From Mesotaenium endlicherianum (Eukaryota), in contig WELA01002297.1 of the NCBI GenBank assembly GCA_009602735.1, positions 153,861 to 187,515 of the forward strand: a stretch of 33,655 nt of DNA. The letters run 5' to 3'. Position 1 is the stretch's first letter; each line of letters starts with the position of its first letter. This document shows, piece after piece, positions 1-11,096 of the stretch. Under the pieces are notes generated by a model, which was not told the origin of the DNA, ran no database searches, and saw only the letters and a program-made list of their open reading frames with translations. The position numbers and the translations under genes were made by a program.

Positions 1-383
1 CCCCCGGTTCATCTTGACAGCCAGTTGCTGGCTGTCTTGTTCATTCTGTTCCTCAGGCACCCCAGAGCTTGTGTTGGCTCCGGGCCGCTGGGCGAACGTC
101 GTTCTCCTTCTTTTTCTTGCGAGCTGACCACGCGCGCATAGCTTGCGCTCAGGAAGGCGAAGAAATCCACAGTCATATCGCATGTGCGTACGCAACTTCA
201 ATTGTGTTTCTTCACAAATCAGAGCTCTTGTCGGCTCCGGCAGAGCTTGCCAGCTGGTTCCCACTTGGCGCTCTCCCTTCTGCACGTGCATCCGCCCACG
301 GTGTGACATACCGTCCCGTGATCGCGCGTGCGCATGTGCGTGCGTGTGCGTGTGCATGTGTGTGTGAGCGTGTGCGCGTGCAG

Positions 384-2703
384 ACGTGAAGCAGTGGCGC
401 GACATCGCCTTCTGCCTGTCGCTGCTCAAGATCACGGAGAAGGGCGTGAAGAAGATGATGGACGCCTTCAAGAGCTTCAAGAGCGCGCTCGTCGACGACG
501 AGATCATGGAGCACTTCCTCGCCATCGTGGCCCGGGTGGGACCACGTGCCTCCGCAGCCCCTCCCAGCGACAGCCGCAGCACTCTGGCCTTCAGCCGTCG
601 CCAGCTGTCCCACGGCCGCAAGCTCTTTCCCTCCCTCCCTCAAGTCATACACCAGCCTTTAGCCAGCCCCACCCCCGCCTGCCTGCTTGCACCTAAGCGT
701 AAGAGCATCCTGTGTTCTTAGGAAGGACTATCTGCCTGCAGAGGCTTAGGGAGCACCCAATGGTGCCCCCCAGAGCGAGATGGAGGCGGACGATTGCCGA
801 CGATGTGTCTCAAGCACGGGGCAGTGGTTATGCTGTGTGTGATGCTGAGCGTGGGCGGGGGCGGGGGCGTGGGCGGGTGGGCGCAGGCGAAGAAGTCGGC
901 CAAGCCGGAGCTGAAGGTGGCTGTGGAGGAGTTTGAGGAGAAGATGCTCAAGTGCCACGCGGAGAAGAAGGAGGAGGAGGCGGCCGCGGGCAACGCCCGC
1001 TCCCACCAGCAGCAGGGGCAAGGGCAGGGGCAGGCGGCGTCGTCCAACTCGCAGGAGGGGGAGGGAGAGGAGGGCAACGAGGAGGAGCCGCCAAGTGGTG
1101 AGCTTTGGGGGCGGCCTGGGCCCTTGTTAGTGATGAGTGACAAGCGCACAAGCTCAGGAGAGGCTGTTGGCGAGCAAGCATCCGCGGCACGTGGCACTCA
1201 GTGTTCCCTTATACGGAGCGGCTCCGGAAGCATTTCCTGTCTCACTTTTTCTGTTAACCTCAGCACTTGCGCCTTGGAACACGCGGCTGCCACTCTCTCC
1301 TTTGTCAGGGCTGTGACAGCATGATCATTGCTGCCAGCAGCCTGTGCAAGTGCATCCTCTCCTTGAGGCTGCAAGAAGCCTTGGAGAAGTGTCTTCAGCC
1401 TGCAGCATCACAATCCCCGAGACCCCTTGTGGAATAATCTCTGTCAGCGGCAGGACGAACCAAACCCCCCTGTCCTCTTACTGCCCACTCCCTTCCTGCT
1501 TTTGTTCGCCTCCTGGTCTCGCTGCAGAAAGTGGAGGTTGTTCTTAACCATCTGGACGGGGCCCCAGGTCAATGCCAAGTGTCGGGATCTCGACGGGGAT
1601 GGTGGCTAGGCACACGTGTCACCGTTGGCACGCGATACGCGGCCTATGCGGTTTCTGGTAGAACATCGTTCCAGTCCTGAAGGATTTGCGCTGCTGCGAT
1701 GCTGAATCTCTTCCTTGGACCAGGCGAGGAGGGGCAGGAGCGTGAGGTGGGCACGGCGAAGAAGGCGCGTGCGAAGGGCAAGGAGGGTCGCAGCCACGAA
1801 GAGGCGCGTGCCTCGGATGACGCGGACCACGACGGGGACAACGAGGAGGGCTCGAGCATGGCGGCAGCAGCTGGCGGCGCTGTGGCAGGCAGCGCGAGAG
1901 CGCAGGCGAAGACGAGGCGGCGTTTGGTGACCCCTGCCGCCCGAAACGGCAGAGGCTCCGCGGCTCGGCAGCCCAGCAGCGCGAGGAGGAGGCCCAAGGC
2001 CGAGAGCAACGGGGCGGGGGCAGACGACGATGGAGAGGGGCCTGGGCTTGCGGAAGAGGCCAAGAAGCCCCATCAGAGCCGGCGGCCCCCCCGCAGACTC
2101 CCCCTCAAGGAGCAGCTGGCTGCGGAGAACGTCAGCTCAGGTACACCTGGGCCCCTTCCGGGGGGCGTCATCTCAAAGGAGGGGCAAGAACGAGAGCGAA
2201 AGGGAAGGGGGTGAGGGGGACGATAAGGAAGGGGAAGGGGACAGGGACGGCAGTAGAAAAGAGGGGGCGATTGGGGAGGGTGGGCGAGGGAGAGAGGCGG
2301 AGCTGTAAGGGGGAGCATGGTACGCCCCAGGCTGCCCGCTATCTGTTCGTGCAAAGGATCGGCCGCTGTGGGGTTGAGGGGCTGAGCCCGCAAGAGGCTC
2401 GGCTGGTGCTGGCGTGTTAGCCTGCTTGCGTGTGTAGCCCGATGCATGTGCTACTCCTTGCACGCGTGGCCCTGGCATGTGTATTACTCTTTTGGGCCCG
2501 CGCTGCGCTTGATTGTCACTGGGCAGAGTAGGACCTGATGGTGCTGCATTTTTATGCGTTGCTCAGATGGCGACGACGACGGCGAGTGCACGTCGGAGGT
2601 ACCGGACGAGCATGCTGACTCACCCGAGCATTCTTCTCAAGCAAGTGACCAAGAGAACGTGCCCCCTGCTCCTCCCCGAAGCAGGCCTCTGACTAAGGCA
2701 TAG
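384..2703 (+). CDS. CAP-D2: Condensin complex subunit 1 (CAP-D2/NCAPD2/Cnd1), 3' partial gene, 4 exons visible
   Basis: Exons 384-535, 887-1097, 1724-2140 and 2567-2703 (TAG) are joined by phase-consistent GT-AG introns. The spliced peptide DVKQWRDIAFCLSLLKITEKGVKKMMDAFKSFKSALVDDEIMEHFLAIVAR/AKKSAKPELKVAVEEFEEKMLKCHAEKKEEEAAAGNARSH matches the plant CAP-D2 C-terminus as I recall it (QW..I..CLS.L..TEKG.KK....FK; KKFAKPELK...EEFEEK). A long disordered tail follows. Upstream exons lie outside the window. Confidence 0.9.
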
Positions 2704-4119
2704 TAGGTTTCAGAAAGGCTGCGAGGAACAGTGGGTCGTACTTGCTGATGAAGGCATCTTCTCTATTGCAGGTTAGCGTATATATATAACAGGAGTAATC
2801 CGGGTTTGTTCACACTAGCCATTTAGGACAAAAGGAAATGTAAATCAAAGTTTACAATTATCACTCAGCGTAGAAAAGCAATGTACCCCAAAGCTGGTAT
2901 CTGACAAACAAGCGGTGCGTTGCGTCACAATTATAAACAAGAGTGCAACCTCAAGGATATGTAATGACTTCCACAAATGTGTCATTGTCTTGCATCCAGA
3001 GCAACATTGTTCCAATCGTTTGCTATCTCCATTCATGCAAGAGAATAGTTCTTCCAATGATATTTCAAGTGTATTGTACTTCCAGTAATGTTAGCCCCTG
3101 TGTGTACCAAAAGGTGATGACGCCGATCATACGAACAATATACAACGGAAAGATAGAGGAGCCTGCAGATGAATACCTCCTGTGGAGACTTTCATTTCCA
3201 AGCCATGTACTTTGAAGTTCGCGCAGAGCTTCTTCAAGGTTTCCAAATAGACAGTGCATTTGTAGTGCATGACCTCAGATGATCGAAAGCAGTACTTCAA
3301 CTTCATGCAGGAATGTGCCCCCACAAGCTCCCATTAGCGCCTGAGCACCAACTTCAGACCTCAGCAGATATTCCTACGTCCTTCATGCAAGGCACCAACC
3401 ATTATTCGTTTAGAACTGAAAGTCATGCATCTACCTGCATGCATGAGGAATTCACTTCGCGCATTCCAGCAGAAAAGTGGAGCAAAACTGCTATACGCCG
3501 TGCAGGGCCGCATTGCCACATATTGAAGTGTTGCGTGTGCTTCAACAGTCAAGTACACCACACATATGAAAGCAGAGAGCAAACAGACATTTGCGATCAA
3601 CCATTCGATTCGATTCTCATGCTGTGAACTTGATTGAACGAGATGCCAACCACGCCCCCAAGCACCAAGTACACGCACTAGCCTACAATTCTAAAGAATC
3701 TCTGATATTTTTATCCAAAACATCACTCGACTGGTAGAGTATTCTCATCCTTTACCCAAGCTGCCTTTACCAGCGGTATAGAAGCTTGATTCCAAATGGA
3801 TAACGGTTCTGTGTATCTGCATCCTGCGCCTCGCCATGAAGGGCACTTTGACCACGCTACATTATCTAGCTATAGACACGGTATTGTAATTTGCCTCCCA
3901 CATCTTGTACAAAGGAGACATGCATACAAGAGCGAGCTTATGGAGAGTAATTTACAAGAGCTTAGGCACTTATACAGGGTCCAGTGACAGACCACACCAA
4001 GTCCTTGTAGAGAGAGTGCGAAGCGCAAGTCACTCCAGGGCCCTGGCATGAGCCATCCAACCAACCAAATGCAGTTCCAAAACAGCTCCAGAAGCAGAAA
4101 CATTGGTGGTTGTCCCATT

Positions 4120-5551
4120 TCAAGCGGAAAGGCGGTGATGTGCCGGAGGTCCTCCAAGAGCCGGCTTGTCATCACCGGGCAGGACAGGTGGCAGCATGAA
4201 GAAGGCCCTCAAGGATGGCCTAGTTATAAACGGCTGCCAAAAGAAGAGGAAGAGTTAGGGATCCTCCTCCCCCAGGACAATTTCAGATTGTACGAAAACC
4301 GCTACTCGTCAACGGGGAGCTACAGGGTGGGGACTTCCTCAACTATCACCAGTGAAAGGTGTCGTTGCACAGCCATCAGATCTCCACAGAAGAGTGATCA
4401 TCGACCAGAGCACTTACACATCCATGTTTTTTTGAGATAACTTGTGGTGTCCAAAGCAGCGTGCATAAGCAGGACCTGGATTACGCTCCCATGTGTGTGC
4501 GCGTGTGTGTGTTCCTGGAGGCGAGCGGGGGGGTTTGCTTGTGCCTAAAAACAAAGAGCTCTCACTAAGCAAATTGATTTTTAGGGAGGATATGAGGTTC
4601 CCATTGCGCACTTGCCACTGAAACCGAGCAACAAAGATCCACAGGTGCTTGCAAGTGGATAGGTTACAAGCTACATCTACATGATGAAAAGACCGGGAAC
4701 CTTAACCACTGCCAAATGAGATAGTATCTTGCTACGGAAAAGCTTTTAAGTACGAAGGACTAGAATCCAGAAAGCAATGAGCGCATCAGGAGTAGCGTAC
4801 GCATACCTCTTCACCAAACTTGCGGAGCTTGCTGGTCTCATAAAACCTGTGGCCAAGCCTCTCATACTCCGGGGGATCATCAATTTCAGCCAGCTGGCAT
4901 GTCCTCCTCTTCTTGGACGGGAACGTCTGGGGATGCCTCAATTCTCGGCCTGATGTATAGAGGGCCAGTGCCAAGCCGAGACCAACCATAAGTACCAGAG
5001 GACCGAAGTGGGAGAGCTCCACCTGGACCCGCCTGCAGAAATGCAGCCATGACAGATAGAAAAGCATTGGAATCTTCAGCATTTGAATTCATTTGATAGG
5101 GACAACAAGACCACATATTTCCGTGATATGTCAATCTCTAATACCTTCATTCCTTATCATTTGAAAAAGCCTCCTTTAATCCAGCTGGACCAGGTGCAAA
5201 AGGAAACATTCTTCTAGAAAGAACATGATTCCAGTACTTAGCATTTTGTAAGCATAAGAATTACAGGCACTTGCAGGCCTTTGGCATGCAATTTGTGGGG
5301 AAACAAATGGAGACACATCACCTATTCTTAAGCCCCTCCTTCACACGCTGAGCCATATCAATGAGAGGATTCATCTCTCGTCCGGGGGGTCTAACCCACT
5401 GGGTATTTGCTACCTGTTCAGTATTTCCAGTGAGCCCCATACTTGCAAACCCTGCAACTCTAATATGCCTCACAGGTCTGTGACATTGGGCAGTCGTGAA
5501 GCATGCAGTATTTCCATGGAGGGCCTTCCAGAAGAAGGTTCTCTCCAACAT
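4120..5551 (-). CDS. B12D: B12D-like / NDUFA4 (MLRQ)-family single-pass membrane protein, paralog B
   Basis: Exons 5551-5322, 5032-4807 and 4233-4120 (TGA) have canonical splice sites with matching phases (2, 0). A CCCTAAC branch point and pyrimidine tract precede the last exon. The core ELSHFGPLVLMVGLGLALALYTSGRELRHPQTFPSKKRRTCQLAEIDDPPEYERLGHRFYETSKLRKF fits the plant B12D pattern (P-hydrophobic TM-L..P....K.R...PE.DDP......F...S.LRK). The ATG at 5551 is tentative. Confidence 0.78.
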
Positions 5552-6610
5552 AAATGAGATGACAACATGACTTTCAAGCTACGAACATTCAGAATCCTAC
5601 AGAATGTATTCAGAACATATTCAAAACATACAGAATCCTCTTCGTTTACTGAGAAGAAGAATGTCAAAAAAATCGGACAGCGTGATAGGAAATTCACCAT
5701 AACTGATTCTCACACCGAAGGCTCAACTTAAGAAGGTCCCCACTATCCACGCTCAATCCGGAGTACACCTTGCACTTGTCTTCACTGATTGCCAGAAAGA
5801 CCACAAGGCCAGTGCTTGAAACGATATTTGTGCAGAATAGCATGTAGTGTAACTTTTAGATCCATGAAGTCGCCGCCTGGCACCGATGAGATTGCAAGCA
5901 TAAGCGTCTCACGTGGTCACCGATAGCGGACAGGTTCTACCCTATACCAGATGGCTCGCATGCAATTCCCAGCTCAACATCTTTAAATTTCATTGCGGCT
6001 AATGTCACCAACCTACTACACATTTGCATTCCCAATTTCTACAGTTTTATGTACATATGACATGTATGATACAAACTAATCCCTCGCATGCATACATAGC
6101 CGCAGTTTGCTAAATACACTCCATTGCACTCTTAGCGATTAGTTAATTTATTACTGTCACCAATACAGTAAGATCCTTGTTTTTCTCGCATGTTGATCGT
6201 TGTGTTCTACTTCTTTTGCAGAAACGAATACTTTACCTTGTCTTATGGGCGACGTTTCGTCAAGCTCTCTTGCAGTCGGTAAATTTGTCTTTATCATTAC
6301 AATGCCATTGAAGTGTAAGGTTTCAAGGCTATAATCAGGCCTGAGTCAATGGATTCATGTCACAGTTGACAACGTCCTAACTGTGCACCTGTGAAGGTAT
6401 ATACCCACTTTCTACCTGCCCTACATACTCAGTTCGATTGCTACTAGATTACACTAAATATACAGCTCAAACTATACCAAAGATGTCCCTGCTATATGGC
6501 CTTGCAACCCTTGTGTGCAAACATATTCATCTAATATGATGTTTACTACAACTACAATTATGGCTATGAAGCACTACATTGGCAGTACTCTTCGCAGTTT
6601 ATTGGTCAAA

Positions 6611-6660
6611 TACAGTATAATGATGACGATACTGTATAATGATTATACAGTATAATGATG
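6611..6660. repeat. Three near-identical copies of TACAGTATAATGAT in the 3' flank of B12D paralog A
   Basis: tacagtataatgat..tactgtataatgat..tacagtataatgat read directly. Confidence 0.7.
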
Positions 6661-6700
6661 TACTCATGATACCACCTATACGATCAATATTGTGTCCTGT

Positions 6701-9074
6701 TCACTTGCCAAATCCTCCTCCATGAAGGGGCTTACCACTTGCAGCTCGGTCGTCCTTGGACTCCCCAATGACAGGGCTGGAATCACCAGGCAGGCTGGAG
6801 GCGACATAGGGTGAAAGGGGAGCCTCGTGCACTACCCTTATCGGCCCTCCCTGCTTACGACAAGTAGATTAATCAGTAAGACAACGCTGAACATATACAC
6901 ATGACCCACACAGCATATTTGTTGAAGCAAAGATCATGACTTCAATTCAATACACTCATACTTAAGGCTGTGCCCATTTCCTTCTAGCCTAACCCGCTGA
7001 CTACCAAGGTAACAGCGTATACCTCGACGGCACCCACACTTGCGCTGACATTCTCACACAAAAAAACAATTTCTGCTTCATTTAGCATTTGAGAGGACAA
7101 ATTTATCCAGCTCCTTGTAACTCAAATAGCAGTATTTGGACCTTCAATCCAGATCACAGGTACTGCACACAAATGCACGGGTCATGTGCTGATATGGTAC
7201 AAAGTTAAATCACCCACAAGAGTAGAGAAACAAACACATCATAATCTTTAGTATTCCCAAGAAACAGACACATGAATATTCTGGTCAATGTACTTCTTGT
7301 TAGGAGATTCCACTTCTTTTCAGAATATGATACCAGACAATGAACCAGCCAGCACAGTGGGCAACTTCTGCAACAGGTAGCAGGGAGCCCGTTACCGCAG
7401 ATGCCAGCTTGCGGAGAAAGCTCGTCTGGACGTAGTGCTCTGCAAGCTCCTGTTCTTCCTTGGGACTGATAAGCTCTGGCATTCCTCCCTGCGCACTTTA
7501 GTGACGTATGTCTGTGGCGCCATAAATAGCTCGCGACCAGCCGTCACAATCGCCAGGCCCACAGCCAGACCGACCATGCCAAAGAGCGGATACACTGGAT
7601 AGAGCTCCTTCTTTAGGAAGTGTCTGCGCAGCACCAACATCGAATATGAAGAATGTGTGACATAATCAGATGTGACTTGAGGTGGATGCGAACTTGGGCT
7701 CAGAGGTCAATCAATAGGCATCTGTTTATGGTGCAGCGAAGGAGGATGCACGTCTGCAAGAAAGTACTGATGCGTTGGGCAAAGTGCGGAAGAACGTGAG
7801 AAGGAACTGGAGACTGAAAGGAGACATGACATCTCGAGATCAAATTGCAGAACCCATGAGATCAAATTGCAGAACCTATGAATTCTTCTAGAGGCAGTCA
7901 AAACTGGCACAACTAAAGTAGAAAGTCAGACATGACCATAGGATGTGGCACAAGCTGTTGCAGATCATCTACAAGTCAGCATTGCATACTCAATCCATAT
8001 GGGAGAATATGCATACAAGCAATACAAGCAAAGTCGAGCAGCAACTTGGGGCTCAAAATGCGGGTTTTACCACATGATGTTCCTCCACAGGCGACTTAAT
8101 ACACCTCTGAACATCCGATGTATCACAGAAGTTCATGTACACGCAGGACTAAGGAGTGCTGATAGCAGAGGAGGATCACCATAGTAGAAGCAGCCACGAC
8201 ACTGTACCTCAGTTTTTTAACCCCTACATTTGCATTTCGCATGTAATACAGCATGAGTCTGCGTGCTGTGCTCAAAGTTACCTCCATATACAAGCTACAG
8301 TTCATTTGCAATATATGCCTTCCCATTTCCCTAATATAGACTTGCAGGCACCCAGTCCTACACAACCTGGGGAAGGAAACATACCCCGAGAACCCTTTCT
8401 GCTGATGCATAAATTTGCCACCACCTTCAACGCGTGTTCCAGGAGGTTGCTGCGCAAGCCCAAACTTCCTGATCTCCTCATGACTCATTTTTGTAGTGTC
8501 TGCATTAGCTACAACTTCGGCCATGCTTGTCCCATAACCCTCATGGCGGCCATAGCCAAAACTGGTCGTCCTGGCAGACAAGACCTTCCATACTTGTACT
8601 TCCTGAAAACCACAAGTATCAAGGAGCCAAACAGGGAAAACATATGAGCCGACACCAGTAAGTTGACATTATTCAAACATGATCAACATGCAAGCTGGTG
8701 CATATGCTACCGTTCTTGTGCTACTTTAATTGGAATGATAAGAAAGCGGAGGCCATAGTCGACGCCATAAGAGCTGATATAATCAGTTTCTGTCTACAAC
8801 ATACACCAGGCTGTAGAAACGGAGTACGAAGTCATATGAAGTAAGATGGGATGAAGGATGTGGAAAAGTGAATATCTTTGCACAACCATAACACCGGTCA
8901 GATCCTTCTACGCACCCATAATTTCGTACATTCACCAAGCCTACAGCATGTTCGAAATCTTGGCTCAGATGTCATTTCAGCAATGCCATGCACGCAATCG
9001 AACTCATTGTCGCAGAGTGAGAACGAAGATAAATATACCTTTGATCCACGCCTTAAACCTAGTGCCAGTGCCAT
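6701..9074 (-). CDS. B12D: B12D-like / NDUFA4 (MLRQ)-family protein, paralog A, with a 1-nt frameshift in exon 3 (pseudogene or sequence error)
   Basis: Exons 9074-9039 (MALALGLRRGSK), 8602-8385, 7623-7396 and 6850-6701 (TGA). The core KELYPVYPLFGMVGLAVGLAIVTAGRELFMAPQTYVTKVRR continues, in a frame shifted by one base near 7483, as MPELISPKEEQELAEHYVQTSFLRKLASA. The last exon's LPGDSSPVIG aligns with paralog B's LPGDDKPALG, and intron positions are shared with paralog B. Confidence 0.75.
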
Positions 9075-9417
9075 TTCTGGGTAGTAAGAAGGTTCGTGCT
9101 TCAGAGAAAATCGGGACACGGGCGCTTGTCAAAGCTGAGCCAAAGAGTATAGATACAAGCATACTGTCTCGACCTTCACAGACACGACCCTTATACATGT
9201 CGTCCGCGCTGAATGTCTTTTGCATTGGTGCTGTCTGCTCAATTGCCACTAATTCTGTGGCTCTTACCAAAAGAGTAAAGCTTCCTGTCTCATGTTAGTG
9301 CATGGGGGGTGGCGCTTTGCATTAAGAACACGAGAGCTTTTACTCACAGGTGGAGCGAGTTCGCTGACGCAGCTCGACGTACAGTTTCGCGCACCAGCCC
9401 CCAGTGGGGGCCCTTGA

Positions 9418-9505
9418 GCCGAAGCAAGCTGGAAACAAGCCGAACCAAGCCGAAGCAATCTGAAGCAAGCCAAAGCAAGCCGAAGCAATCCGAAGCAAAC
9501 GGAAG
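9418..9505. repeat. 10-bp tandem repeat (consensus GCCGAAGCAA), about 9 degenerate copies
   Basis: gccgaagcaa gctggaaacaa gccgaaccaa gccgaagcaa tctgaagcaa gccaaagcaa gccgaagcaa tccgaagcaa acggaag. Confidence 0.85.
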
Positions 9506-9603
9506 TGTTTTGCATCACCGTTTGCCAAGTGGAGCCACAAATCTTTCTGTCGGTACGCGTTGTCAGGGCTGGCCAAATTTGGCTACAATGTCTGATAAAG
9601 TAT

Positions 9604-9650
9604 GGGGGACTGATGGGGGACCACGGGGGCCTATGGGGTCATTTTGGGGG
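9604..9650 (+). other. Five regularly spaced G4-5 runs (potential G-quadruplex)
   Basis: GGGGG actgat GGGGG accac GGGGG cctat GGGG tcatttt GGGGG. Confidence 0.55.
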
Positions 9651-9871
9651 TAAACTTGCCTTAACTTTGGTGTTTCTTATATTGTCTTTGACGTGTTTAC
9701 TTAAAAATGCGCTCAACGTTGTCGCGACTATTATCCGTTTGACGGTGTCGCACGCGCAGCGCAAGCTACGGCCACCTAGTGCTGAAAGTCAACGTTGATT
9801 CACCGACCACTTGACTGATTACATCGCAGTCAGCGGTTATGGCGGCGGCAAGACCATTGGCAAGGGGTCAA

Positions 9872-11096
9872 TGTCAGTGTGCCCCACACCTAGGGATGGG
9901 GGAGGTTTTGACAAGACAGTCGCGAGGCTAGGAGCTGGGGATCAGCAATGAGCCGCCCAGCAAGTACCAGGTCAGGTACTGTGTGACTGGCAGATTAAGC
10001 CAGGTCATGGCTGCAATGCCAAGATAGGTTACGGCCGCCCGGTTGGGAAAATTTGAGCAAGTGGCATTTGCTTGCACGCCGCTCAGGAATTCTTAGCCAT
10101 GAGCCAATTAGGCGTGACTGCCAGCTGAGAAGCTAAGCAGCCACGCGCGACAGTCACAAGGTGTGCATGCATGCTGAGTGACTACGAGTTTGAGTTGAGC
10201 ATGGCTAGGCAGAGGCGACATGCAGCTAAGTTGTGTGACTAAGCACGGCATTCTCGAAAGATGACGCTGTGTGGTGCCTGCGAAAGGCACGAATCTTGCC
10301 TGAGACATGTCATTCACTCGCACGCACCTTTGCCAAGAAGCAGAAGGAAAGAGAAGAAGGGCGCGAAGAAGAAGAAGGAGTTCCCAAGGCCATTGGAGGG
10401 CCAAAGCCCCACGCTTCTGACGACGCTGAAGATTCTTCTGTGTATCATAGATAAGTTAGGATTGTAGGAGTTCCCAAGAGGGAATCTCACGGTTGAAGAA
10501 GGAGAATTGCAGAATAGAATCTGCTAGGAGAGTAGCACAGAGTCAGCCGAACGCCACAAGTGTGTGTGTGAAGCAGCCTTAAAATGGTGAGTTGTGTGTT
10601 GATTTCCAAGTTCTCAGAAGTCGCATTCNAAAAGTCGCATTCGCATCTCAAAGAGAGAGAGTACTATTGACAGATAAAGCTCTCAATGAAGAACTGAGTG
10701 AGCCCAGCCTGGCAGTGAAGAGCTGTTAAGGCGCGGTGTTAAGTGAAGGGCTTGACCCAGGCCAGCATAGACGTAGTTTCAGAGTTTTGTAAGCTGGCTT
10801 GTGGAAGTTAAGCGAAAGCCTGAAGGGCGATTTTCTCTGAATCTGACGTTGCATGTCAAGTTGTTTAGAGTGTGATTTCTGCAAACTACAATTTTCTCAC
10901 CTGTGAACCCAAGAACTTTAAGGCATAAAGCCTATGTGGAAGTAAGAGACTTCCGTCCTTGTAAGAGGAATTAAGGCAAGGCAAGTATTTTTAAATTTTC
11001 TGCTAAAGTCTTAGGATAAGCAAATGGTGAGAGCAGGGTGACGTTCTGTTCAGGAACTCAGGGATGGGTTAACCCTGGTAAGGCTTGTCACCGACA
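9872..11096. mobile_element. Solo-LTR-like segment (~1.2 kb)
   Basis: It begins TGTCAGTG and ends CACCGACA, giving TG..CA ends with a 7/8 inverted match. AGGGATGGG lies near both ends. The segment is non-coding with internal GTGACT repeats. No clean 5-bp target-site duplication (TSD), PBS or PPT is visible. Confidence 0.4.

Noticed and set aside
3065..3165. Possible third B12D remnant (GSSIFPLYIVRMIGVITFWY after a cag acceptor)
   Set aside because: Only a vague PLY-hydrophobic resemblance. The downstream B12D motifs are absent and no partner exons were found.
7490..7497. GTGCGCAG as an 8-nt micro-intron that would repair the B12D-A frameshift
   Set aside because: Far too short for spliceosomal removal, and it would delete the conserved RR residues.
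7836..7881. 22-bp tandem duplication in a B12D-A intron
   Set aside because: Ordinary slippage duplication with no further structure.
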